A DNA stretch of 64,000 bases from Octopus vulgaris (taxonomy: Eukaryota): the NCBI GenBank assembly GCA_951406725.2, contig OX597815.1, forward strand, positions 203,298,001 to 203,362,000, written 5' to 3'. The position numbers were made by a program, and so were the translations under genes. Positions 40,108 to 53,400 of the stretch are shown one piece after another; the stretch's first letter is position 1, and each line of letters starts with the position of its first letter. Below the pieces are notes generated by a model. The model had not been told where the DNA came from. It worked only from the letters and a program-made list of their open reading frames with translations, and ran no database searches.

Positions 40108-43100
40108 GCTCTTCGATTTACAAGATCACGCGTACCGTCTTTGCTACATTTACCTACCTTTTTGAAACTTTCATGAGACAACACTTCCCTCTCTATTCTC
40201 ACCTTCTTTTTCAAGTGATACTTGAAAATATTGATGAGCGATTGACCAGAGAGAAAGTGTTTGTCTCTAAACCTTTCGCACGAGTCCACCACCCACATTC
40301 TTTCACTATAGCCACCAGCACAATGGAAACTGCCTTGCTTTCCCGGTTAAAGGAAGGTGGCGGGACAATATTCACGATAACCGAATTCGACCCACAGCAG
40401 CCGTTTGACATAAGCCCAAAGGTCTGGAATTGTTGGACACTGCACGAGTGCTTACAGAACGGTTTCGTCGCTCTGACTGCATCTCGGGCATGTAGGTAGG
40501 CAATTAAGTCCACTATGCGTTCTGACCCACCAGTTGTCCCGGACAGTCGGGCAAAGTGCTGTGAAAGGCCTCACATCCTTTCGGGCTCGAGTAATTCGCT
40601 CCCCTGTTCATCTGTCAGAGACCTAATTGTGGATTTGTTGCCTCGTTGCGCCTCCACCACTCGAACCTCTCGGGCGGCTCCAATTTCTCCGTTTCTCAGA
40701 GCATGCATCCTAGCTCTAACAACACATCCTTCGTGTTTGGCGTTGAAGTATTGGTCGAGGGCCAACCTCGCCTCCAGCACGTTGGACGCGATGTCACTTC
40801 TATGTGCCTCTTCTAATTTCTTAACTAAGTCTCCCTCTATTCTAATTTCGATCTATCACTAGAACCTTACTATACCTAGCCGATTCTGCTTTAATTGCTT
40901 TCTTTAAAGCATACCGCCAACTATTGTTGACGATGGCTATACTGTCAATGTTCTCTTGACTAATGTGCTAATCCGGTATCTGTAAGCCTGTCGCGCCGTG
41001 AACGATGCGTTCAGTTTCCAGCAACCGGGACCCTGCCTATGATTCTTATCTAAGTCAAACGTACACGTCACAAATTTGTGATCTGTGTAGCTGACTTTAT
41101 GAAATTGTGGACAAGCTACACTATCCCTATCTACTGCCCTACAGAATACTCTATCTAAATACGATCTCGACGACCCGATGCGGTTGCTCCATGTCCACAT
41201 TGGCACATTCGAGTGGTCCAGTCGGTCAGACAGTTGGAAACGTCTGAGCAGGTCTATGAGGTATTTACATCTCCTCCTATTCCTATCTCTACCCACGTAA
41301 TCTGGATGCATATCCAAGGTAGCGTTCCAATCCCCCACTAAAAGTAAAGGTCGAGACGTTCTCGGGAAAACCTCTAGACGTCAAAAGAAATCCGCTTGAT
41401 CTGTTAAGGACGGTACATAAACTGTTATGAGTCGAAAAGCACACCCATTACTGCCATCGACATCCAAGACGACCAGCCTACGCTTCCGGGTCTTGGAATA
41501 TTGCTCTTACTTTGAGGTCCAGACTCTTCCGAAAAAGCACCGTGGTACCACCTCCGCTCATTCTCGGCAGACACGGAGAAAAATAGATGTCAAATTGTCC
41601 GCCAAACATATGCTGGAGAGCCCGCAGGTTGTGGAGTCTCGTCTCACTGATGGCTATGATATGCACATTCTGTGATTTGATACCATTTAACAAGTAGCCT
41701 TGTTTCTAAGGCGACCTCAAGTCATGCACATTTACACAACCATGTTTCTATCGAAAGTTATGCTTTACACACGAAAGGAAAAGGAAAAGAATGAGAGAGA
41801 GAGAGAGCCACTAACTGTTCGGAAGTTGGTTGTTCTCCTCCTCGCCATCTTCTCTCAGGAGGTTTTTCTTTTTTCCTTTTCTTTTTTTTTTTTTTTGAGA
41901 AGTACTTTTGAAATCTCCCTACTGCATCAGGGTAGAGAGATTTCAGTGTGTTGTGTGTGTTTTGTGCCACGTATATGATTTTTATGCGTTGTGGTAGTGT
42001 TGTGCGTGGGTGACTGTTTGTTTTGACATTGTCTTCTGTTATGTTGGTGTTTGACCTAATGTATTGCATTAGGGCTGAATTGTTTGTGTTTATTGCTGCC
42101 AACATTGTGGAGCCATTTGGTGTTTGTGTGTTTGTAGTGTTGGTGGTAATGTTTTTACTTTGTGCTGTAGTTTTTGTTCTCGGGAGCGGTGAGATTCCTT
42201 GCTTTGTTTGATTGCGTGTCTCTTCTTTTCTTTCTCCATTTTCTTCTTCCCTCCCCGCCGCCTGTGGCCATTTGCCATTCTTCTGTATCGCCTTCGTCCG
42301 ACTACATATCGGAGGAATCACAAGAAGGGAGGGGAATTGTATTGGGATCAATTTGTGTGTGTGTTGTTGTTGATGTTACTGTTGTTGGTATTGGTTGTTG
42401 TTAGGATGTGATGTATGGGTTGATGGGGATGGGGTTAGTTTTTCCTTTTTTTCTTCTGGGTTGGATGCTTGTGTTGTTGGTGGTGGTGGTGATGATGGTG
42501 ATGGTGTTGTCTTTGTACTTGGTGGCGCTGATGGTGGTGTTGTTTGGTTGGGCTGGCTTTTGGTTGGTGGAGCTCTTTCATTTGCTTTATCAGTTGTGCT
42601 GCTGGCGTTGTGAGTAGCAGTGCTGGTTTGCCTTTCGGTTTTTGGTTTTGTTGTTGTTCCTGTTGTTGTTGTCGTTGTTCTTCTTCTTTTGCTAGTTGGC
42701 AGTCTTTTTTTAGATGATACCTGTTACCACAGAGGTAGCAACGTGGCCTTCTGTCTTCAACGGTCACAAGTAGGGTTGTGCCATCTGGATGTTGAATCAA
42801 ATCTGGAAGACATTAAATATGGAATCAAATCTGGAAGGACATTAAATATTTCTTTTGCTTTAAAACAGAACCAAAAGGATTTAGTTTGTCTGTGACATTG
42901 TTGTTGGTGGTAGCAGTTTTCGTGGCAGACGTGGTGGTGACAGAAGTGATAGTCATGGTTTCACTGCTCATTCTTTTATGAATGTTTTCATTGTTTCTGC
43001 CTTCACTTCCCACTTGTTCGGAAGGAGAGGATGCATTAGTATGCGTATTGTTTTTCAAATGTGTGGTGGGGTGCATCAATGTTTTTCTTTTTGTTCGACG

Positions 43101-43180
43101 TGTTCGGTGAAGGTAATGGAGAGAATTCCGTTTCTAACTGGAGCGCAGGAACGCTACCACTGTTAGCTGAACTGTCCATG
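39870..43180 (-). mobile_element. Tx1/L1-clade LINE, decayed, RT domain deleted
   Basis: ORF1 zinc knuckle CYLCGNRYHLKKDC (ORF 42435-42800); ORF2 APE motifs ISETR, GDWNA, TW, LDR, TDH, WKLN (40937-41740); linker joined at ~40491 directly to the C-terminal CPRC finger; AATAAA at the 3' end. The 5' boundary is approximate. Confidence 0.88.
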
Positions 43181-43386
43181 CATGCTTTCCAGACAGATGA
43201 AAGTATTTATGAGATAAGATTTTGCTATACGAAAATTGGCCCTTAAAGGGAAAATTTTGGAGTGATCTTCGCTCAAGGCCAAGCAGATTTTATTAGGAAC
43301 CTTTCTGACAAAAATATATACAGATATACATAAGCAAACACGACAAACTATATGAACTTATACGAGACGATGCGAGCAACAGCCAA

Positions 43387-43510
<124 letters not shown>

Positions 43511-44387
43511 GTTTCTTTATTAGCCACACAGGGCTGCACACAGATAGAACAAATTACAAGGTAGAGCTTTTCTTTTGAAGGTTTAAAAAAAAAAAAAAAA
43601 AAAAAAAGGAAGGAGTTTCGATCAAAAGGGATCGTAAAAGGAGAGAAAGAGGACAAAAAAAGGGGGGTTAAAAAAAAAGGGGGAGAGAAAAAAAAAAAAA
43701 AAAAAAAAAAATTGATCAATAGGGATCGTTATCACAGAAATGTCAATATGAAGTGTAAAGGGGAGGACAGGTGAGGTTTACCCGTGGAAAGAAAAGCCTA
43801 CGGAAAAGACCACGGTAACCTCGGTCAATGAAGTCACATTTTATATTTCTTTTTTTTTTTTTTTTTTTTTGCAAATAAGCAACTCTCTGTTTTCGATTTC
43901 TGGGTTCATAGGACTATGCTCAAGGTGGCTTCGTCATTCATACGTGCCATTCTTGCTACATTCACCCATCTTTTTTAAAACATTCGCTAGACAAAACTTG
44001 CCTCTCTACTCTCACTTTCCTTTTCAAGTGGTACTTGAAGAAGTTGATGAGAGATTGACCAGAGAGGTAAGTGTTTGTCTCCAATCCTTTCAGACGCGTC
44101 CACCAGATACATTCTTTCGCCATAGCCACAAGGATGATGAAAATAGCTCTTCCTTCCCGTTTGAAGGAAGGAGGCGTGACAATATTGATAGACTCAGCTG
44201 ATAAACCGACTCGTCCCACACGTGACAGCAGTTGTTCGACATAAGCCCACAGGTCGGAAATTGTTGGACACTGAACGAGTGCGTGCAGAACGGTTTCGTC
44301 GCTCTGACCGCATCTCGGGCAGGTCGGCCCCGTGTTTCTCGAGCCGTGTCTGTAGAGCTTATCCCGAACGGGTAGCGCTTCTCGGTA
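43511..44387 (-). mobile_element. 5'-truncated Tx1/L1-clade LINE (ORF2 C-terminus and 3' UTR), same family as 39870
   Basis: YREALPVRDKLYRHG..CPRCGQSDETVLHALVQCP zinc finger; homologous to 39870-40491; (GATA)n on both sides. Confidence 0.92.
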
Positions 44388-45202
44388 GATAGATAGATAG
44401 ATAGATAGATAGGCAGACAGAAAGATAGACAGATCATACATACATGCAAATATACATACCCATATATACACAGTCATCGATTTACATACATGCTTACATA
44501 CATACACATGCATATACATACATACATACATACATACATACATACATACAGACGGACAGACAAATTTATGACAATATCATAGAATGTGCTTTTCTACTTT
44601 CAAAGCCCATGGGGTGGCTCCGGAGAGAGATATACTCGTTGTTTCTAACACGTCAATCAATTTTGCAGAAGCCTTCTCATTAGATTGTATCTGAAATGTT
44701 AAAGTCGAAAATAAAGTGGAAAAAAAACTACTGAAATATAGCATTTTATCTGAAAGTAAAATAGAAGCTAAAAATGAATAAACAGATTCTCCGTCGACTT
44801 CGACGATGACTATTCCACTTGCTCGACTGTGTGAAAAACCTACTCATCATATTATACTGTGACTTCTGACATTTGTATCGTGAATGTAATCTGAAGCCAA
44901 GCTCAGAATGACAATGTATTTGACAAAGGTGTGTCTTTAAAGTACAAGCAAATCCAGTCGATGAGATTTCATGCAGTTTTAGTTCGTCCGTCAAGAATCT
45001 ATGCTAAAAGAACCTTACCCAAGACGCTAAGCAACTCTATCGAAATCGGATTATCGTGTTTTCAGGGCGAGTCTCTTAACCATTCGACTACGGCTACAGT
45101 TATAAACCAGAGACACAATGGCAAAGAAAAACACACACCGGCACTCACACACTCACGCACACACAGACCTATACAAAACGTCACATACGCAAACACATGC
45201 AC

Positions 45203-45442
45203 ATTTTTTTTTTTTTTTTTTTTTGTACTTGTTCCAGTCATTTGACTGCGGCCATGCTGGAGCACCGCCTTTAGAGTGGTGAAAGAGTACAGCAGGGATC
45301 ACCACCACCCCCTGCCGGAGCCTCGTGGAGCTTTTAGGTGTTTTCGCTCAATAAACACACACAACGCCCGGTCTGGGAATCGAAACCGCGATCCTCCGAC
45401 CGCAAGTCCGCTGCCCTAACCACTGGGCCATTGCGCCTCCAC
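45203..45442 (-). mobile_element. Chimeric SINE: A/B head and body joined to a family C tail and poly(A)
   Basis: 45273-45442 matches the A/B 5' half; 45226-45272 matches the C tail TAAAGGCGGTGCTCCAGCATGGCCGCAGTCAAATGACTG; T-run at 45203-45224. Confidence 0.8.
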
Positions 45443-45926
45443 ATAAACATAGACACACATAAACATAATTATACACATACACACTTTGCTGGTGTGTTCA
45501 AACTACCTTGTTTCTCTAGCTGCATGAACGGAATTGTTACCAAATCGTATTCAGTAATGAATAATTGTTTAATCCATTTTCTTGGAATAAATAGTCTCCC
45601 AGCGAAGGATGAACAGCTTTGAGTCATTTAACAAGCAGAAGGATGTTGGTAATAATTATTATATTTATGCATCATTTAACACATAATCTTACTTCAGTTC
45701 CAATTAAGATAGTCGATATTTAACCATAGTCACCTGAAGAGTGTGTTTGTGCAGGATTTATAGTAAAAGACTTGATTTATAGGTTCTTTCCTCGATGATT
45801 TTTTTACGAAATTCACTACTGTATGCTATAGAATGTCATTTGAATATGCAAAGGCTTTATTTTGATGCAGACGGTAAAAAGAATGGTACAATTTTTTCCT
45901 TTTCCATTGTTTAACCACGGGTCAGC

Positions 45927-46125
45927 TTTTTATCTTTTACCCTTTATTTGTTTCAGTGATTGGACTGCAGCCAGGCTATGCTGGGGCACAGCCTTAACGG
46001 ATTTTAGCCGACAGTACTTATTTTTAACGTCTGGTACTTATTTTTTTCGTACTCTTCTGCTGAAGTAGTAATTTACGTGGACGTAAACAATCCAACCAAC
46101 ACCGATTACCAAGTGGTGGACGCAC
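45927..46125 (-). mobile_element. Diverged family C 3' fragment
   Basis: TTTGTTTCAGTGATTGGACTGCAGCC...ATGCTGGGGCAC resembles the reverse complement of the C tail. Confidence 0.6.
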
Positions 46126-46176
46126 ATACATATACATACAAATATACATATAAATATAAGTGTGTATGTGTATGCA

Positions 46177-46497
46177 GTGAAGGCGCATGGCTCAGTGGTT
46201 AGAGCATTGAGCTCACGATCATGAGGTTGTGAGTTCGATTCCCGGACCGGGCTACGTGTTGTGTTCTTCAGCAAGACACTTTATTTCACGTTGCTCCAGT
46301 TAACTCAGCTGTAAAAATGAGTTGCGACATCACTAGTGCCAAGCTGTATTGGTTTTTTTGCATTTCCCTTGGATGACATCAGTGGTGTGAAGAGGGGAGG
46401 CTGGTATGCATGGGCGACTGCTGACTTTCCGCAAATAACCTTACTCGGAGGGTAACTTTCTAGGTGCAATCCCATGGTAATTCATGACCTCCTCCTC
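46177..46497 (+). mobile_element. tRNA-derived SINE family E
   Basis: A box TGGCTCAGTGG, B box GAGTTCGATTCC, central TTCTTCAGCAAGACACTTTA...CTCAGCTGTAAAAATGAG; possible TSD TGTATGCA; related fragment at ~19160-19240. Confidence 0.85.
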
Positions 46498-46507
46498 ATA
46501 TGTATGC

Positions 46508-46590
<83 letters not shown>

Positions 46591-46819
46591 TATATAAGAA
46601 AGTTGTTTTATTCCATACGGGTAGAAATATTTTTTTTAATGTTGAAAATGCGCTGGGATTCATTTAAACGCTTTATTTTTAAAGGCTTGTGGTTTCACAC
46701 ATGTTTCTGATTTTGAAAAGTTAAGCAAGGTAGAAAGATATGGGGCTAGACTGGAGTTCGAAAATTCTCTTGGTGTTATGGAGAGAACATGACTCAAATA
46801 AGTATCTATTTATGATACA

Positions 46820-47425
46820 ATTTGTTCCATTTCTGGATATTCTAGTAGCCAAAACAGACACAAACTTTGACAGAGATATTCACTACAAACCAGCAGATTC
46901 TAAACCTGCTGTTCTTCTCATACCATCCCAAACACACGAATATTGATATTCCATTTTGTCTAGCAAGAAGAATCTGCACAGTTGCTTCAAATTATGAAAC
47001 TCGTGGTAAATGACTCCAGTAACTGAAACAAAATAACTTGAAAGTCAATATCTATTAATGTTCATAGACAATGGGATAGAACGTGCCAAAGCAATAGATA
47101 TTTAAGAAATACGAAAAACAAAAACCACTTCAGACACGCCAAATACTTTTTCCTTTATTTCAAGATGCAACCAAAAAAAAAAAAACAAAAAAAACAGAGG
47201 TTTGCAACATTATCTACCAGGTCATTCCACTATTGAGACAAAAGCCAAGAATGAACAAGCACTCGAAACAAAATAATCAAAAGCAATAACAATTAAAATT
47301 CCTCAAATAACTGCTCACTAGTGCTAAATTTCCCCCAATAAACCCCCACTAACTACCAAAAAGTGTGGCCACCCTAGTTGCAGGATTTACATGAACTTTA
47401 TTGAAGACAAGTCATTTAAAATTTA
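46820..47425 (+). mobile_element. Penelope-like element RT C-terminus/linker fragment
   Basis: PFLDILV..DIHYKPADS, HPKHT..IPFCLARRICTVAS, KKCGHPSC across frameshifts. Confidence 0.8.
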
Positions 47426-48328
47426 AATCATTTATCTGGGACAACCCTTAGGGAGCAAACTTATGATTTAAGCCATTCATACTGTAATAATCTTTTCTAT
47501 ATATTTTTTTCAAGTATAATCTATTCTGTTACATCCCACACCATTTTCCAGATGCAGCCGCGCAAGTGACTCGAGCTTTCAACAATCACTTACAAATTTG
47601 TCACCAACGAGTGGTACTTCGGTATATTGGATATAGCAACCAAATTCCCTCGTATCACACTCAATCGTTCTGGAAAGAGAACAATACATTAGAGAATACA
47701 GAAATACGTGATGATTACGATTGGAATGCCTTTGGTCGTAGGCTAGCTCAGTCAGAGTTGATTAAACGACAACTAAAGGTATTACTACATAATCCACCAT
47801 TCAACTATTTACCAAAGAACATCAATTATACTCACACCCATACACACAGAAGACAAAAAATTCTAGAAATTATCTGAAGTATTTCTACAACACTCGTACC
47901 ATAATTCATTATTTTTATATTAGATACATATTGTTATTAGCGATATCAATTGAATACTGCGTTTTGGATTTATGTGCCCTATACAATAATGTCCTTTGAC
48001 AGTAATCGGTTCTTGTAGTGGTTGAAATAGAAATATTTTAGACAAATATAAAACAAGGATATTAATAAGAGAACATAAGATATGCACCTATTCTTCAATT
48101 AATCAAGTTAATTTCACTCGCTATTTTTTTTTCCATTGCTAAAATTAAACTTATCAGAGGAAAGTAAAACAGCTTATGTAGATAAATTTCTTTAATTATT
48201 GAAAGAAATATACGTTTATTTAAAATACATCGGGTTTAGAATGCTCCCACATATATAGAAAAAGTTCTTTGTAATTTCATCTAAACCTATACACTTTCTT
48301 ACGTTTCTTCAATAATGCGAAACACACA

Positions 48329-48710
48329 AAACAAGAGCACTCTGAGAGCGCAAACCTCCGCCAATGCAACACCAACGTTCTCTCAAAGATTAGCCAGAGA
48401 TGATTTTTAAAATGAAGATGTCTGAAATAAAATCGACTGCTCTCACAAACGAAAATACTAAAAATGAACCCAACCGCCCTCAAAAAGTAAGTTGAAAACA
48501 AAAACAGAAAAATACTCCGGAATCCTTGTTCGGTACCGGGTCGATCCCAGAATCTAATCAGTTCGTGCCAGTCACGAGGCCAAACATCCCTGAAAGTTTC
48601 ATTCGAATCCATCCTGCGGTTCGTGAGATAGCTTGTCCACGGACAAACAAACGAACGAACAAACATGACTGAAAACAATACATCCATCACAGCGAAGGCA
48701 GAGATAATAA
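48329..48710 (+). mobile_element. Non-autonomous Helentron/DINE-like element
   Basis: Starts AACAAGAG in an A-run; subterminal ACCTCCGCC vs terminal GGCAGAGAT; GAAAGTTTCAT..GAATCCATCC motif; (ACAA/ACGA)n tract before the 3' end. Confidence 0.6.
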
Positions 48711-48859
48711 CGATGGTATTACTGATTCTGTTAGAGTTATATTTTTATACAAAAAAAAACGTTTTCATGGTTTGTCTAACTTACCTTCTTCTTGCCAACT
48801 TTAATTCTTAATAATCCTAATGCTACCGTTAGTTCTTTTAAAGATTATACATACATACT

Positions 48860-48924
<65 letters not shown>

Positions 48925-49644
48925 ACCTGAACTAGACATTTGTTCTTTTGTTAACTCCTTAAAGACTTCATAAGTCAGTATGCTATAAATTTTGATGAGT
49001 GTCTACATCAACTTCTAATTCTACTTCATGCACCATTCGCTATCCCATCGGGCCTCCTTAACTACATCTGGATATAACGTTTTCCCGCCACCAACGAGAC
49101 ATGTGTAATTAACTTTCCACGTGTTAGCAATGGTTTTATTGCATTATTTTGTAAATTTTCTAGAATTCTTTAATGATCAGATGTTTCTCATCAGTCGCAG
49201 CGATCAACTGATTTTTAAGTTTGAATATATCTTGAAAATGGAAATAACTTTCTGAGTTTTTGTAGTAAAATGGTGGAATGAAACAACTTCAAAAGACACA
49301 GTTTTGGAATAATTCGAGATTTAAGGGATGACCTAAAGCATTGTCCGAAAGTAGAAATACTTAAAGCTCGGCATTATTCTTCTCATAACGTTTGACAACA
49401 GGGCAGAAATATTCACAAGACCAACCAGTACATAAAGCTTTTCTGTTACGTTTCCATTTAACAGAAGAGGCACACCCATTTTGTTGCTCTTATAATAGCA
49501 TAATCATAAACAAATAAAGCTTAAGTTTCAAATCTCCAATGAAATTTGCGCCTAACAACAATGAGAGACGATATTTTGCTATTATATACTGGCTCTTGTT
49601 CCTATTTTGCAATATCAAAATTAACTTACTTTCATTAATATTAT

Positions 49645-49847
49645 TTTCTACTCTAAGCACGAAATTTTGGGGGAGGGAGCCAGTCGATTATATCAACCCC
49701 AGTATTCATCTGGTACTTAATTTATCGACCCTGAAAGGATGAAAGGCAAAGTCGATCGGCGGAATTTGAACTCAGAACGTAAAGACAGACGAAATATCGT
49801 TAAGTATTTCGCCCGACGTGCTAACAATTCTGCCAGCTCGCCGCCTT
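49645..49847 (-). mobile_element. SINE family D
   Basis: Core and head match the 5738 copy. Confidence 0.88.
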
Positions 49848-50582
49848 GAATTTAGTAAATATTACCTGCTTAATGATAATATTCTATTATATTGAAAATT
49901 TCGATACGACTTGGGTGTCATCGTTTGTTGATTTCCTGGTTACTCGAATACTATGGAGGTTAGACTGTTTCGTGAACTTCTCAAAGCACTCAGGAAAAGT
50001 AAAAACACATTTCAGCTGCTTTCTCAGTTTCTTCTTTCAATTGTTTAAATAGATACAACACTTCTTGCTGGTTGCTGTCTTAGAAGAGAGAAGAGTTATA
50101 TATAGCCATATCCAGCCAAATACTTAAGATCATTCGATATTTTCCATGGTTATAGTGTGTCCGTGTTAGTTTATGAAGTTACACTCAGTCGAAATTTTGT
50201 AACTATAGTAACTTTTATTTTGTCAGATTAATTATTAATGTTTTCTTTTGTAAGTTGACAGTTCATGGTCTAATGATGCTGAAACATAATTTTATATATT
50301 TTTTACTCCAGCTATTTTCATAATCTTCATTTTGGTATCTAATAGTATCGCTTCACACTCAAGTGATATGATGAAATAACGCGAATATTAGATTACTTTT
50401 CGTTTTTAAACTACTTTACTTTAAGAAATTAAGCTGTCACACACGTGCAGTATGAACGAACATTCTGGAACGCAAAAGTAAGCCAAACGTAAATGATTGA
50501 TCGTCGTCTTTTGAGTTCTATATCTGATCACAGAAATCAAGAGATTGTCATACAAAGAGAATGTGTATGTTGTGTGTGTGTG

Positions 50583-50657
<75 letters not shown>

Positions 50658-51199
50658 GTGTAATTTTGAATGTTAAATTACCGCATTATCGAGCTTCATT
50701 AAACTATATTTTGTTCACTGGGGTAACATAGAACGAATTATGATTTAATCAGTTAAATAGAAAACAGTTCCTATTCAGAGAAATAGAAAATGTTTAATAG
50801 AATTTATTAGAAAAATATAAATTACTAAACAGTAAACAAATAATCATTAATACAAATAAAGAAACAAAAACAGTAAATATAAAAATGACGACACGAAACT
50901 AACATAAAGAAAAGAACTATCAAAGAACAGCAAAACTTGACATAACCAACTCGGTAGTAACAAAGAGAACAATAACGAAAGCACCAAAAGGAGAAAGAAA
51001 AAAATGCATAAATCAGAAATATATAAAACAAAACTAAAAGAAAAATGTAAAAGGAAAAGAATTACAATTACAGAAGACAATTTTGTTCACAAGGATAGAA
51101 ACATAACGAAATTATATGAACATGAATAGGAAACACTATCAAGTTATGTTAGCTGTTCTGAAAAGATATTTGCATCAACAGGAGATTTACGTAACAGCT

Positions 51200-51790
51200 G
51201 AAGTTAACACAAGGAAAAACAGATATGTCCACAAATATAGTCTCTATCTTGGGGAAATTTGTGTACTCAGTATAGTAGAAAAACATTTTCATGACATTCG
51301 AAAAAATAAACGTAAAAAGCAAGGAGATATAATTTTTACAAGAAAGAACAAGAGACAATCGGGGTTTTAAAAAAATATCTGCAGTGAAAAGTTTTAGGAA
51401 AATTACAATGAATCAGCGGATAAAGAAAGGTGTTATGCTATTTTTAATAAGCAAAATAGACAATCCATTTCTAACTACGAGAGATTTTATTAAAACTTAC
51501 GTAAAACCAAGGTTGGTTTAACGCTTGTAACTAAATAAATACCAGAAAAGAGTATAGTATCAATTAAGAATAAAGAAACACAACCTAGAAATTATGAATT
51601 AGAAACTTAAATACCGGAATAAACCTAGGCTGAAATGATAAATGAGGTCGCCTCAAATACAAATGAATGAAATAAACAAAAAGAAGACATATACGGCTCA
51701 CCGAGAGAAATTTAATCCTAGTCTGAATCCAAAAGAGTTTATCAGCAGTCGTCACCAATAAATAAATTTGCATTATTAATCATTATATAA
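51200..51790 (+). mobile_element. Very decayed A-rich remnant, possibly PLE GIY-YIG C-terminus
   Basis: Ends LNPK.EFISSRHQ..NKFAL, similar to the LNxRxE...CRHxNKF terminus recalled from PLE endonucleases; weak. Confidence 0.3.
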
Positions 51791-51798
51791 AGTATATA

Positions 51799-52038
51799 TG
51801 AAACGGCCGTAATGCACTGATATCTGGATATCCTTGTTACTTATTTGCTTTTTATTCACCTTCCTTCGAGAGCTGTGTGATGATACCGGACTGACCTGGT
51901 GCCTCAACTTAGTACCTAATTCAAATGAATCGTAACTATTTATTGTCCCTCTCTCTCTCTTTTTCTCTCTTATCCTGTCCCCAAATTTTTTCCTCTCCCC
52001 TTCACAGTTCTCTGTCTGTCACTCTCTCTCCTTCACCT
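51799..52038 (+). repeat. 240-bp dispersed repeat, near-identical to 58714-58953
   Basis: TGAAACGGCCGTAATGCACTGATA...CTCCTTCACCT in both places; the duplicated MNRNYL ORFs derive from it. Confidence 0.92.
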
Positions 52039-52264
52039 CAAGAAAAAGTGGAAGAGTTGACTAAATGTAGAAAGAGAATCTTGATATTAAGAATATTATT
52101 TAGTGATCAATCCTTTACATGGTAAAAGAAGATAGAGTCTAAGTATAGATAATTGTCACTTATTTGCGTTTGTGGAAGCATTGAAATAAATGAGACAGAC
52201 TTATTGAGTTCCTTAAGGCATGCCTTGAATAAATATGAAAACTGTTGAGTCATACAATGCTAGT

Positions 52265-52484
52265 AATATTGGCTTCAAATTTTGACAACAGGCCAGCAAT
52301 TTCGGGGAAGAGAGTAAGTCGATTACATGGATCCTAGTGCTCAAATAGTACTTATTTTATAGACCCTGAAATGGATGAAAGGTAAAGTGGACCTTGGAAG
52401 AATTTGAACTCTGATCGTAAACACAGACGAAATACTGTTAAGCAATTTGCGACGTGCTAACGATTCTGCCAGCTCGCCGCCTTA
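52265..52484 (-). mobile_element. SINE family D2
   Basis: Head GCCAGCTCGCCGCCTT, core and D2 tail present. Confidence 0.87.
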
Positions 52485-52869
52485 ATGCTAATAATAATAA
52501 AAATGAAATTACCCAGTAATATCGGAATAATATTCCAGTAGATAATGTTTCTTTACTATTTCGTAGTCATTAGGACTGCGAAACGTAGTCTCCAGACTCC
52601 CTCAAATCAAATTCCATCTTTAGCACCGAATTACAGATGGATAACGTAGTCCTGGAGATATACTCATAAAGAAGTCAGGATCACTGCATCCGGAATGCTT
52701 TAGATCGTAGCATTGCTCAATTGAGACACACCCAAAGCTAAGCAAGAACAGCAGTCTGGATGTTATGAGTTGATGCCAAATTAAACCTCTAATTTGTAAA
52801 GCAACTGTTGTAAAAGGTACAATATATTAAGCAAGTATGTCATGTAATTCAGTTTGGAGAACAATGTCA

Positions 52870-53400
52870 ATACCATTTTAAACAAGAAACAATAAAATAC
52901 GTGAAAAACCAATACAATAAATATTTAAAAGCATACTTAGGAATCAGTGAACAAAGTTAACTAAATAACTTAAATACGGCTTGTAATATTCTAGTTGTTC
53001 CACTGCAAAATGCAATTATAACATACATAACAAAACATGATCAAGACAAAACTAGGAAATATAACAGTTCTTAAATTATATCACTCAAAGTAGGACATAG
53101 AATAAGTATTTTTAACACAATCAATAGTATAAGGCCTTCTTCATAAGACATTTCATATTAGATAGATACTAGAGGATTGTAAAGATTTGTAACAGAAGCA
53201 AAAATGACAAACAATTGTGAAGAAACTAAGAAAAGTAAATACATCTCAGACTATAAATAAAGTAACAGATGTTAATGGCTGATGAGAAAGTATTTGTACA
53301 CTCCTGATATCCGGGTGGATGTAGAAAGATGCACCTCAGTACAGGTACATATTTCAAAGCTAAAACCAGAGATTAATGCACAGAACCAAAACCTCAATCT
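52870..53400 (+). mobile_element. Very decayed R4/Dong-like RT remnant
   Basis: Scattered motifs in the expected order: YLGI, NTACNILVVP, DKTRK, YHSK*DIE, LKPE..AQNQNL. Confidence 0.4.

Noticed and set aside
49180-49200. Minus-strand CTGATGA-GAAAC hammerhead-like string
   Set aside because: No stem II and no stem I pairing; likely chance.
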